Below, in pieces: positions 9,784-18,236 of a DNA stretch of 24,000 bases. A program made the position numbers and the translations under genes. The DNA comes from Ruania alkalisoli (GTDB taxonomy: Bacteria > Actinomycetota > Actinomycetes > Actinomycetales > Beutenbergiaceae). Every line of letters begins with the position of its first letter. Positions within the stretch are counted from its first letter, which is position 1. Below the pieces are notes generated by a model, which saw only the letters and a program-made list of their open reading frames with translations, was not told the origin of the DNA and did not search any database. Location of the stretch: NCBI RefSeq assembly GCF_014960965.1, contig NZ_CP063169.1, positions 71,581 to 95,580 of the forward strand. The letters are read 5' to 3'.

Positions 9784-12087
9784 ACGTTTGACGAAATGCG
9801 CACCGCGTGGGTGGCCCAACTAATTGGGGCGGGCATAGACCCACTCGATCCCGACTATGCGCCGACGATCGCAGAGCTCGATACGTCGGCTGCGGAGTCG
9901 ATCGCAGAGATCGACCGTACAATCGGCCGCACGAGTGTCTTCACCGATTACCTCCTTGCGACTGATTCTGCGAACGTCCGTAAAACAGCAAAGCGGCTGC
10001 AAATAATGGCTACGGCCTATCAGGTTGACGGCACAACACAATATCAGCAGCCCTCTGTCCTGACGGATATCATCGACGGACTACAGACCTTGCACGACAA
10101 CGCCTATTACTCCGGCGCTGCGGAATACGATAACTGGTACGATTGGGAGATCGGTGCGGCCCAGGCGATCAATGACACCGTGGTTCTCCTGTTCGCCGAC
10201 GTGCCGGCAACGTTGAAAGCCGACCTGGTGGAAGCGGTCGACTATTTCGTCCCGGATCCCCGCTACCGCACGGCGAATCAGCCGGTCGGACCGCAACTCC
10301 AGACGGGCGCGAACCTCATCGACAGTTGCCGGACCGTCATTATTCGAGGAATCATCGCCGAAGATGGGGCGAAGGTTGCGCAAGGAGCGGACGCCCTGCC
10401 AGCTGCGCTCGGGAGGGTGACCCACGGCGACGGCTTCTACGCCGACGGTGGCTTCATCCAGCACAACCACGTCCCATATCACGGCGGCTACGGTCTCGCC
10501 TTGGTGAAGAGTGCTGTGATGCTCCTTCCGATGCTCTCCGGCACCACCTGGGAGATTACCAGCCCGAACATCGCAGATTTGTATGACTCGATCGAGATCG
10601 GTTTCGTCCCGTTGGTCTTCGGTTCGCAGATGATGGACATCGTGCGTGGGCGCTACGTCGGCTTGTACGGAACTTCCGATCACCTCACCGGCCACCTCGT
10701 AATCGAGTACATGCTTCGGCTCGCTCAAGGGCTCGAAGGGACTCGTGCGGCGCATTGGCGGTCAATCTGCAAGGGATGGATCGAACGCGACACGTTCGAT
10801 GTTGCCATCGCCGACGGTCGTGTGCCGCTCGATGTTCTCCCACGAATCGGATTAATCCGCGAGTTGATGGATGATTCGACAATCGTCGGGGCTGCCGAGG
10901 AAGTCGGACACAGAACGTTCGGAAGCATGGACCGTGCGGTTCATCGGCGGCCCGGTTGGGCCCTGGCGGTGGCGATGAGCAGCCAACGCATTTCCTACTA
11001 CGAGTGGGGCCCGTTGGGTGAGAATAATCACGGCTGGTTCCAGGGCTCGGGGGTGACCTATCTATACGACGAACAAGATTCGGGGCAGTTCGCGGACAAC
11101 TATTGGGCTACGGTAAATCCCTATAGGCTGGCGGGAACCACCGTGGACAACCGACCTGCCGCAAAGGGCGATGGCGGGCCCTACGGTGCAGCTGTCCCAA
11201 CGAACGCTTACGCCGGTGGTGCCAATCGGGACGGGTATGGACTGGCTGGACAGAGAACCTCGGGTATTCTTACCGACATGGTGGCGAGCAAGTCGTGGTT
11301 CTGCCTGGACGACTGCATAGTGGCCTTGGGATCCGGCATCACCAGCTCCAGCGGCTACGTCGTTGAGACCACCGTTTCTAACCGCAACTTGCATGACAGC
11401 AGCACGTCTCCGGTGATCGTCGATGGGGCCGCCCAGCCAGAAACCACTCCGTGGGCGCATACGTTCACGAGTCCCGGTTGGCTGCACGACGGGCGCCACG
11501 GATATGTATTCCTCGACGCCTCCCATTCCTTCACGCTCAAACTGGCAAGGGAGCAGCGCACTGGGTACTGGACCGATGTCCACGATGCTGCTGAGGAGAT
11601 CGACCCGGTGACGAATCATTTCGTCACGTCCTGGATCGATCACGGGAGCAATCCGGTCGGTGAATCGTACGCGTATGCGCTGTACCCCGGCGCGGCGCCA
11701 GGATCGATGGCTGCGACAGCCGCCGCCACCGATATCGAGATCATCTCCGATACCTCCGATCTGCACGCGATGCGTCACGCTGGAACGGGTATTGTGATGG
11801 CGAACTTCTTCGTGGCGGGCCGGTTCGACATCACTGCGACCATGGCTGCAGCGGCGTATGCTCCAGCTGCGTTCTACTTCCGCCAGGTTGGCGGAGCCAT
11901 CTCTATCGCGATCTCCGACCCGACGCACCTGAGTGAATCGGTTCGGGTTAACCTTTGGAAGTGTCCGATCATCTCTTCCGCCGGCGACCCGACGGTGACC
12001 GTGACGACCAGTTCGCTAACCACATCGATCATCGTGGATACCTCGGCCAAGGACGGAGCCTCCCATCTCGTTCAGCTCGCGACATGA
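9658..12087 (+). CDS. Polysaccharide lyase family 8, Tat-secreted
   Basis: 809-aa ORF with AAGGAG RBS 7 nt upstream. Same PL8 blocks as the first copy: NWYDWEIG, TGANL, GDGFYADGGFIQHNHVPYHGGYG, MMDIVRGRYV. N-terminal ARRTLFGGAILGAATFATFA is a twin-arginine signal. Confidence 0.9.
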   Translation: MLDDHEQSKGIARRTLFGGAILGAATFATFAELRPQGAAAAATFDEMRTAWVAQLIGAGIDPLDPDYAPTIAELDTSAAESIAEIDRTIGRTSVFTDYLLATDSANVRKTAKRLQIMATAYQVDGTTQYQQPSVLTDIIDGLQTLHDNAYYSGAAEYDNWYDWEIGAAQAINDTVVLLFADVPATLKADLVEAVDYFVPDPRYRTANQPVGPQLQTGANLIDSCRTVIIRGIIAEDGAKVAQGADALPAALGRVTHGDGFYADGGFIQHNHVPYHGGYGLALVKSAVMLLPMLSGTTWEITSPNIADLYDSIEIGFVPLVFGSQMMDIVRGRYVGLYGTSDHLTGHLVIEYMLRLAQGLEGTRAAHWRSICKGWIERDTFDVAIADGRVPLDVLPRIGLIRELMDDSTIVGAAEEVGHRTFGSMDRAVHRRPGWALAVAMSSQRISYYEWGPLGENNHGWFQGSGVTYLYDEQDSGQFADNYWATVNPYRLAGTTVDNRPAAKGDGGPYGAAVPTNAYAGGANRDGYGLAGQRTSGILTDMVASKSWFCLDDCIVALGSGITSSSGYVVETTVSNRNLHDSSTSPVIVDGAAQPETTPWAHTFTSPGWLHDGRHGYVFLDASHSFTLKLAREQRTGYWTDVHDAAEEIDPVTNHFVTSWIDHGSNPVGESYAYALYPGAAPGSMAATAAATDIEIISDTSDLHAMRHAGTGIVMANFFVAGRFDITATMAAAAYAPAAFYFRQVGGAISIAISDPTHLSESVRVNLWKCPIISSAGDPTVTVTTSSLTTSIIVDTSAKDGASHLVQLAT

Positions 12088-12159
12088 CCACAGCGAGGGG
12101 TTAGGGGGTGCTAGTCCCCAGCGATGGGTTGCTGAGCCTCGATCCACCGATCATCTTGA

Positions 12160-12348
12160 GGTGTTGGGCGTGCCGCAACGCGAAGAAGCCCTGTCGGTGA
12201 CCGTGCGCTTGAACCCCCAGTCACGAAGGCGATCGCCACGATCGGCGACGAGGCGTGGACTCCGATCGAATATACCGACGGCATCTTCGACCCGAGTTGG
12301 CTCACGGGATGGATCGACCGATGGCTCTGGGTCTCTGACCTGCGGTGA
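12160..12348 (+). pseudogene. Possible DDE-transposase fragment (start-less open frame)
   Basis: Open frame without a start codon reads ...VTKAIATIGDEAWTPIEYTDGIFDPSWLTGW... The AI..I..EAWTPI.Y pattern recalls an internal segment of IS1380/IS4-like transposases. This is memory-based only, and no other transposase blocks are present. Confidence 0.2.
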
Positions 12349-12680
12349 TGCCGTCTCGACGATCGCGATCGGGGCACTAATCGGTGCCACGAGATCCGTT
12401 GAGATTGGCCTCGGGGGCACGACGAGGGCGACCTGGCGGTAGCCAATCGGGGGCGAGCGAGAACGATTTGGCACCTGTTCGCACGTCGGCTGTGGCACCT
12501 CATGGCGCCCACGCACCCTCAGGAACGCCGGATGCCGCTATGCCCTGGGTTGTGAGGGTCACGTGTGTCCGCCCTCCGGGGGTGGCGATCGTGGCGTCAG
12601 CGTCGCTACCTAACCCACGAGAGTGACTGATCGCATGCCTCCTACGGGCCGATCGGGTACTCAAGGTGAGCCAACTCGGG
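12291..12680. repeat. 15-bp perfect inverted repeat pair, CCCGAGTTGGCTCAC (12291-12305) / GTGAGCCAACTCGGG (12666-12680)
   Basis: Read directly from the sequence. The arms are separated by 360 bp of apparently non-coding DNA between the PL8 gene and the IS3 end. Confidence 0.6.
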
Positions 12681-12721
12681 ACAGGCGAACCGCGCGCTGC
12701 ACATGTTCGCCGTCTGCCGGC

Positions 12722-12748
12722 TCGGGTCTGCTGCACGGATGGGTGACA
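12722..12748. repeat. IS3 terminal inverted repeat (orfB-distal end)
   Basis: 25-bp perfect core 12724-12748, matching the reverse complement of 19615-19639. Confidence 0.85.
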
Positions 12749-12971
12749 GCGGTTAGCTACGCAGCCGAGTGGCTGGTGTGGTCATGATGGTCTCGTACTC
12801 GATGGGGGGCAATCGGCCGAGGCGGTCTTGTCTGCGGCGGCGGTGGTAGGTGCGCTCGACCCAGGTCACGATCGCGATCCGGAGTTGGTCGCGGGTGGAC
12901 CAGGTGTGCCGGTCCAGGACGTTCTCCTGCAGGAGTGAGAAGAAGCTCTCCATGACCGCGTTGTCGCCGGC

Positions 12972-12984
12972 TTATCCGGCTAAT
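12972..12984. repeat. Terminal inverted repeat of the Tn554-like element (tnpC end): TTATCCGGCTAAT
   Basis: Lies exactly at the IS3 homology breakpoint. Matches the reverse complement of 16391-16403 (TTAACCGGCTAAT) at 12/13 positions. Confidence 0.6.
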
Positions 12985-13018
12985 CGTCTCCGGGTCTGGG
13001 TTTGGCCGGGTAACGCGG

Positions 13019-13306
13019 TTATCCGCGGGTGAGTCGGCGGAGCTGGGTGTCGTGGTGTCGAACGGTGTCGGCGAGGGTCTGGACGGCCTGGCGGAGGGTG
13101 GCGAGCTCGTCGGTGATCGCGGTGATGCTGCCGTCCGGCGGGGTTTGCCGGTGGTGCTCGATGGTGGCGCGGAGCTCAGGGTTGCGGTAGATCGTGGACC
13201 GGGAGATGCCCGCGCGGGATGCGACCGCGGCGATCGTGATGGGGTGTTTGTCGCGGGTGAGGTCGGCGCAGGCTCGTTCGATCTGGTTCAGCGTGGGGGC
13301 AGTCAT
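13019..13306 (-). CDS. tnpC: Small TnpC-like protein (DUF6262-type, HTH-like) of the Tn554-like element
   Basis: 95 aa from ATG 13306 (MTAPTLNQIERACADLTRDKHPITIAAVASRAGISRSTIYRNPELR...). Its start overlaps the tnpB stop (ATGA on the minus strand, 13303-13306). The Arg/Pro-rich upstream part of the ORF-track entry (to 13510) lies inside tnpB and is discounted. Confidence 0.7.
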   Translation of the reverse strand: MTAPTLNQIERACADLTRDKHPITIAAVASRAGISRSTIYRNPELRATIEHHRQTPPDGSITAITDELATLRQAVQTLADTVRHHDTQLRRLTRG

Positions 13307-15258
13307 CCGGTCTGGGTCTCCGTGTCGGCGATGAGCGCGTCGAGGCGGGCGATGAGTTTGTGGTGGCGTTCGGCTTCGTCGATCCATCCTCGCTGTTGTG
13401 CATCGCGGGCGAGAGCTTCGGCGTCGACGCGTTGCGCGGCGAGGATCGGCAGTGAGGAGGGCTCGGAGCGGTAGGACGGGCAGTGCTCGCAGATGTTCGC
13501 GTAGGTGCATGCGCCTTGCGCGGGGGCGCGGAGGCAGAATCCGCCGGCCATGCGGGACTTCAGCAGCGGGGTGTCACGCCAGTCACGGCTGCCAGTGATG
13601 GCCGTCAGCGGCAGTTGGGTGCGCCCGGCCATGTCTCCCGCCGTTGCGGCCGGGGTGTTCTGTTTCGCGAGGTCGAGGGCGCGTTCGTATTCGGTGCGGA
13701 CGGTCGTGTCGAACAGCCGCCCGTAGCGCAGGCTCATCTCCGCGCTCTGATGGCCGAGGAGTGCCATGAGTGCTTGCAGGGAGACACCGGCGTTGACCAG
13801 CGCGGTCGCGTAGGTGTGCCTGAGCTGGTGAGAGGTGACGTGCCCGAGCCCGGCGACCTCAGTGGCGTGGTCAAGCTCGCGACGGACGCCCTGTTGTGTG
13901 AGTCTGCGGCCGAGGTAGGTGAACAGGAACTGCGCGGGCCGCCGATAGCGGGGGTGCGGGAGCGGACGACCATGGGAGCGGATCTGGGTGACCCGGTCGA
14001 TCACCTCGAGCGTTTCGGGGTCGAGAGGGACCATGCGTTCGGTGGCGAGCTTGCCGAGCGGAACCTTCAACCAGGCTCCGTTCCCGTCGATCTCGTGGAC
14101 GCAGTCCAACTCGAGATCGAGCAGTTCCCCGATCCGCAGCCCGCAGGCGCGCTGCAACCGTAGCGCCAGCGCGGCCAACTCGTTCTCAGGATGCTCGGTC
14201 AAAGCCGCAGTGAGCCGCCGGTCGGCGTCGATCGGGAGGTAGCGGGGCAGCACTTGCGGGAGTTTGGGGATGTCGTCGCGGAACAGCACTTTCCGCGAGG
14301 GTGCGGCGTCCCAGCCCCATTCGGTGATGTCGCGCAGGAACGTCGCGACAGCAACGACCCGTCGGTTGCGGTCCCCGATGCTGATCGGCGCACCGTCCTT
14401 GTCGCTGACCGCGTCGACCAGCGACGCGAGGAACGGTTCGACGTGACGGCGCCGATCCAACTCCCTCACCGACGTCAGAACCGGATCCGTCTGGGTGAGG
14501 AACTCGCCGAAGTGCTTGAGCCGGGTCGCCATCGCCGACACCGTCTTACGGTCACAGGTTGCCCGCTTGCGTTCCAGATACCCGACCAGCTCGGCCCGTA
14601 AGGGTGCGGAGACCCCAGCGAGTCGCTCCTCGTAGGGGACGGGACCGCCGCTGCGAGGCGGGGAGTCGACAACACCGAGATGGAACAGCACCATCTGGGT
14701 TGTGCTGATCGCGGCGAGGTAGTGGTTCGCGCCGCGCCCGGTGATGTGCTCGCGTTCCCGGCAAGCCGCCGCGAACTCGGCGAGATCGCCGAGAGTGAGC
14801 TGCCGCATCGGTTTGCCCGTCTGAATCAGTAGCCGTGCGGGGACCTGGGAGCCGGTCGCGAGGCGAGTGCGGGCGGTGAACCCGAGATGCTCCGCGGCAT
14901 CAAGGAACCCATCGATCTCGGCCCGCAGCGGGCTGGTCTCTATCTCCCGCCAGAGCGGCGACAGCTTCCGCGACAGCAGATAGTCGTAACCGGGGCGCAG
15001 CCGGCCGTGGAGCATCAGGAACGTGATCACCGGCCGCGCCGCCGACCCCGCCGACAACCGCTCCGCAAGCGACTCGTTCGCCCAGTCCTGCGGCTCCGGC
15101 CAGCACTCGAAGAACCGGTGCGCGGCGCGCTCGTAGGACAGGTTCCCTCGACCGGTCGCGGTCAGATGGTGCAGATACGCATCCCGCAGCTGATCGCCTC
15201 GCAGGGAGGCGATCCCGGTGTCACCGCTGCTGGGAGCGGATGCGCATCCGAGCCGCAT
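13303..15258 (-). CDS. tnpB: Tyrosine recombinase, large (Tn554 TnpB-like)
   Basis: 651 aa. C-terminal catalytic region HQLRHTYATALVNAGVSLQALMALLGHQSAEMSLRYGRL (R..HxxR..Y pattern), followed by a long C-terminal extension typical of TnpB-like recombinases. Overlaps the tnpA end by 38 nt, so the exact start is uncertain. Confidence 0.8.
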   Translation of the reverse strand: MRLGCASAPSSGDTGIASLRGDQLRDAYLHHLTATGRGNLSYERAAHRFFECWPEPQDWANESLAERLSAGSAARPVITFLMLHGRLRPGYDYLLSRKLSPLWREIETSPLRAEIDGFLDAAEHLGFTARTRLATGSQVPARLLIQTGKPMRQLTLGDLAEFAAACREREHITGRGANHYLAAISTTQMVLFHLGVVDSPPRSGGPVPYEERLAGVSAPLRAELVGYLERKRATCDRKTVSAMATRLKHFGEFLTQTDPVLTSVRELDRRRHVEPFLASLVDAVSDKDGAPISIGDRNRRVVAVATFLRDITEWGWDAAPSRKVLFRDDIPKLPQVLPRYLPIDADRRLTAALTEHPENELAALALRLQRACGLRIGELLDLELDCVHEIDGNGAWLKVPLGKLATERMVPLDPETLEVIDRVTQIRSHGRPLPHPRYRRPAQFLFTYLGRRLTQQGVRRELDHATEVAGLGHVTSHQLRHTYATALVNAGVSLQALMALLGHQSAEMSLRYGRLFDTTVRTEYERALDLAKQNTPAATAGDMAGRTQLPLTAITGSRDWRDTPLLKSRMAGGFCLRAPAQGACTYANICEHCPSYRSEPSSLPILAAQRVDAEALARDAQQRGWIDEAERHHKLIARLDALIADTETQTG

Positions 15259-16348
15259 CGAACTCCGCCTTCACATGAGCAGGAGCAAGGTGGACATAGC
15301 GGGCGGTGGTGTCGACATGCGCGTGACCGAGTAGCGCCTGCATCACCGACAGATCGACCCCCGCCTCGGCCAGGACCGTCCCGAACGTGTGCCGCAACGC
15401 GTGCGGGTGCCCGCCCGTCACCCCGGTCAGGCCGCGGTGGTAACGGAACACCGTCCGCAACCCCGCCGCAGTGAGTGGGTTGCCGCGGTTCGGGCCCTTG
15501 CCGACCAGGAACAGCGTCTCGGAGTCGGACTCGGGCCGTTCGGCGAGGAGGTAGACGTCGATCACCGAAGCGACATCCGGATCCAACGGAACACGGCGCT
15601 GCTTCGCGCCCTTCCCGGTGGCTGTGACCCATCGGCCGCCGATGTCGACGTCCTTCACCCGTAGGCCGAGGACTTCCATCGATCGCAGCCCGCACCACAG
15701 CATCAGCCCCGCGATCGCCCGATCCCGCCAAGTCCGCAGACTCCCCACCAGCGTCGCCGCGTCCTGCGGTGACAGCGCGACCGGCAGCCGGCGTGGTTCC
15801 CGCAACCGCAGCGCCGATCGTGGGACCGGACGGCGAACCGTGTGAGCGAGCATCCCAGAGCGTTCCCCGCTCGTTCGCCACCGAGCCTCGCTGCCCCGCG
15901 GGACCGGGTTCCGCCTCGCAGGATCTCGCAGCCCCGCATACGTGAACAGGCCGGAGATCGCCGCCAGCCTGCGGTTGATCGTCGTCGCCGCGTAACGATC
16001 CAGCCGACGCCCGTCCATCCCGACCACGTTCGGGCTCGGCCTGCCCGGCAGGCTCGCCTCCCGACACGCCCGCAAGAACCCTAGTAGATCGTCCGTGGTG
16101 ACCTCCTCGAGTGGACGCTCCTGCCCGGTCAGCCAGCGGCAGAACGCGAGCAGGTCATACCCATACGAGCGGACCGTCGCCCGCGAGTAGTTCCGATCCA
16201 GCAGATGGCTCAAGTACTCATCTACGAGCACGAACCCCGTGGCGGACTCACCGGCGAGCACCCATCCCTCGCCGCGTTCCTCCAGCCGTAACCCGCCCCT
16301 GGGCTCCATGCCACAGGTGTAGCACCACCGACCCGAAGCAACGCGCAA
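15221..16348 (-). CDS. tnpA: Tyrosine recombinase (Tn554 TnpA-like)
   Basis: 375 aa. N-terminal SAM-like core-binding region (NYSRATVRSYGYDLLAFCRWL). Catalytic HALRHTFGTVLAEAGVDLSVMQALLGHAHVDTTARYVHL. Alternative start ATG 16309. Confidence 0.8.
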   Translation of the reverse strand: MRVASGRWCYTCGMEPRGGLRLEERGEGWVLAGESATGFVLVDEYLSHLLDRNYSRATVRSYGYDLLAFCRWLTGQERPLEEVTTDDLLGFLRACREASLPGRPSPNVVGMDGRRLDRYAATTINRRLAAISGLFTYAGLRDPARRNPVPRGSEARWRTSGERSGMLAHTVRRPVPRSALRLREPRRLPVALSPQDAATLVGSLRTWRDRAIAGLMLWCGLRSMEVLGLRVKDVDIGGRWVTATGKGAKQRRVPLDPDVASVIDVYLLAERPESDSETLFLVGKGPNRGNPLTAAGLRTVFRYHRGLTGVTGGHPHALRHTFGTVLAEAGVDLSVMQALLGHAHVDTTARYVHLAPAHVKAEFDAARMRIRSQQR

Positions 16349-16390
16349 ACACCGAGCACCGGCGTGTCGCTGACCTGCACCGACACCACC

Positions 16391-16403
16391 ATTAGCCGGT
16401 TAA
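16391..16403. repeat. Terminal inverted repeat of the Tn554-like element (tnpA end): ATTAGCCGGTTAA
   Basis: 12/13 inverted match to 12972-12984. Followed by 6 nt (GAGGGA, 16404-16409) that belong neither to the IR nor, by inference, to the IS3 reading frame. Confidence 0.6.
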
Positions 16404-16670
16404 GAGGGACGCGCCGACTCTGCCCATCGAACCGACCATGTCGTGACGAACCAAAGCGCGAACGAACTTTCGACTACGAAATTGCGACCCACGGTCCGTA
16501 TGCACCACGCATCCAGCCACGTCGCCGCGCCTGCTGGCAGCGTTGTTCAGGGCAGCGACAGCCAGTCGGGACTTCATCCTCGAGTCGATCGAGTACCCCA
16601 CGATCCGGTTGGAGTAGACGTCCTTGATCGCACAGAGGTAGAGCTTGCCCTCATTCGTCCAGTGCTCGGT

Positions 16671-16768
16671 GTAGGGGTCGGGCCGGGGCGCCCTGTCAGC
16701 GTTGCGGCTGGTGGGTTTCCCCGGCCCGCCCTCCGAACCGGACGTGCTCATTCCTGAGCATCCGGCTC
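16671..16768 (-). ncRNA. Group II intron domains V and VI (ribozyme catalytic core and branch site)
   Basis: DV is the reverse complement of 16735-16768, GAGCCGGATGCTCAGGAATGAGCACGTCCGGTTC: a 34-nt hairpin with the AGC triad and consensus ACGU..CGGUUC 3' arm. DVI has a 9-bp stem GGGCCGGGG/CCCCGGCCC with a bulged A at intron position -8 (plus-strand nt 16678). Confidence 0.85.
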
Positions 16769-16778
16769 TCCATCTGGT

Positions 16779-18236
16779 TCAGGCCGTTGTAGTACTCGGC
16801 CGTGGCATCCAGGGATTCGGGATCTTGGCTCCCCGGTAGCGATAGCGGGTCACTGGGACTTGCCATGCGCGAAAGAACTCGATCCCGTCCGCCGCGATGT
16901 GCCAGCCGGGCAGGAAGTGGCGGACCACGGTGTGCTTGTTCAGCTTGGGGTGGCGCTTGTTCAGCCAGCGGACGATTCGCCAGAAGGCGAAGTGGTCGAC
17001 ATAGCCGAAGGTGCGCTTGGAGGCCCCGTGCTGGAAGTAGTTGCACCAGCCCCTGATCGCCGGGTTGAGCCGGCGCAGGAGGTCTGCGAGCGTGCGATGT
17101 GCGTTCCGGCGGGTCAGTAGCCGGATCTTCGCCTTGATCGAAGCAACAGACTTCTTCGATGGGTAGGTGTAGACCGTCTGCTTGGTCCCGCCGCGTCCTT
17201 GCCAGGTCCGGCGTTGGATGTGCCAGCCGAGGAAGTCGAACCCGTCCTCGATGTGGGTCAGGTGGGTCTTCTCCTCCGACAGGCGTAGGCCCATCGGTTC
17301 CAACACGTTGGCCACTTCGCTGAACAGCGCTTCGGCAGCCGCGCGTGGCCCGCGGACGAGAACGACGAAGTCATCGGCGTAGCGGATGAGTTTCATCGTC
17401 GCGCCCCCGGCACGCAGGTGCTTCGCGCGTGTCCATGATGGTCCGAGCGCTTCCCACTTGGTGGTGAAGTGCTCGTCCAGCACGGACAAGGCGATGTTGG
17501 CCAGCAGTGGTGAAGGGATCCCTCCTTGCGGGGTGCCGGTGCGGGTGTCCCTGTTCAGCCCGTCCTCGGTGAGGACACCTGCCTTGAGGAACGCGCGAAT
17601 GAGCCCCAGCACGCGCTTGTCGGCGATCCGGCCACGGACCCGGCCCATGAGGGCGGTGTGGTCGATCTCGTCGAAGCACGCCTTGATGTCACCCTCGAAC
17701 ACCCACTCATAGGAGCGGTTGCCCGTCGTGTAGTAGTGAATCTCGGCGACCGCGTCCTGGGCTCGTCTTCTCGGCCGGAACCCATACGAACTGGGTTGAA
17801 AGTTGGCTTCGAAGATCGGCTCCAGCACCAGCTTCAAGGACGCCTGAACGATTCGGTCGGTCATCGTCGGGATCCCCAGCGAACGGGTCTTCCCGCCCGC
17901 TTTCGGGATCCGACGTTCCCGGACCGGCACCGGCGTGAACTCACCGGACTTCACCAGGCGGCGAAGTTCGGCGAGCATCCCGATCACATCCTCCGGGGCA
18001 ACGAATCGCGGCACGATTCCGTCTACCCCGGCGGTGCGACCGCCCTTGTTTCCCCGCACCCGGTCCCACGCCGCCATCAGGAACGCGGGATCGTGCACGA
18101 GGTTGAACACATCATCGAACCGACGGCCAGGATTGGCCGCCGCCCAACGGTGCAGCTTCGTCTGCATCGCAAGTACCCGCGACCACGCCACCGTCGTCTC
18201 GACGAGCTCGCTGGGCCACGGAACACCCGTAGTCAC
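16779..18236 (-). CDS. Group II intron-encoded reverse transcriptase/maturase (no HNH endonuclease domain)
   Basis: 485 aa with GTG start preceded by GAGAAGGAG. RT blocks (RIPKAGGKTRSLGIPT, FGFRPRRRAQDAV, YADDFVVLV), maturase/thumb RGWCNYFQHG, and a C-terminus lacking Cys/His HNH motifs. Confidence 0.9.
   Translation of the reverse strand: MTTGVPWPSELVETTVAWSRVLAMQTKLHRWAAANPGRRFDDVFNLVHDPAFLMAAWDRVRGNKGGRTAGVDGIVPRFVAPEDVIGMLAELRRLVKSGEFTPVPVRERRIPKAGGKTRSLGIPTMTDRIVQASLKLVLEPIFEANFQPSSYGFRPRRRAQDAVAEIHYYTTGNRSYEWVFEGDIKACFDEIDHTALMGRVRGRIADKRVLGLIRAFLKAGVLTEDGLNRDTRTGTPQGGIPSPLLANIALSVLDEHFTTKWEALGPSWTRAKHLRAGGATMKLIRYADDFVVLVRGPRAAAEALFSEVANVLEPMGLRLSEEKTHLTHIEDGFDFLGWHIQRRTWQGRGGTKQTVYTYPSKKSVASIKAKIRLLTRRNAHRTLADLLRRLNPAIRGWCNYFQHGASKRTFGYVDHFAFWRIVRWLNKRHPKLNKHTVVRHFLPGWHIAADGIEFFRAWQVPVTRYRYRGAKIPNPWMPRPSTTTA

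Larger units (their letters stand above)
12972..16409 (-). mobile_element. Tn554-like tyrosine-recombinase transposon (tnpA-tnpB-tnpC only, no cargo)
   Basis: IS3 orfB homology stops at 16410 (…GRVGA) and resumes at 12971 (AGDNAVMESFF). The intervening 3438 bp holds exactly three co-oriented genes with the Tn554 TnpA/TnpB/TnpC size pattern (375/651/95 aa). The block is bounded by 13-bp inverted repeats. Confidence 0.75.

Noticed and set aside
10081-11928. 224-aa and 288-aa minus-strand ORFs inside the second PL8 gene
   Set aside because: Shadow ORFs opposite a gene with unambiguous PL8 blocks.
12088-12125. Short GGGG...CCCC hairpin-like sequence after the second PL8 stop as an intrinsic terminator
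   Set aside because: Only a 4-bp stem with a 7-nt loop and no T-tract. Too weak to call.
15162-16067. 301-aa minus-strand ORF in an alternative frame within tnpA/tnpB, plus plus-strand ORFs at 13483-14163 and 14887-15474
   Set aside because: Gly/Arg/Pro-rich composition with no domains. They overlap the tyrosine-recombinase frames, which carry the catalytic RHRY-type motifs.
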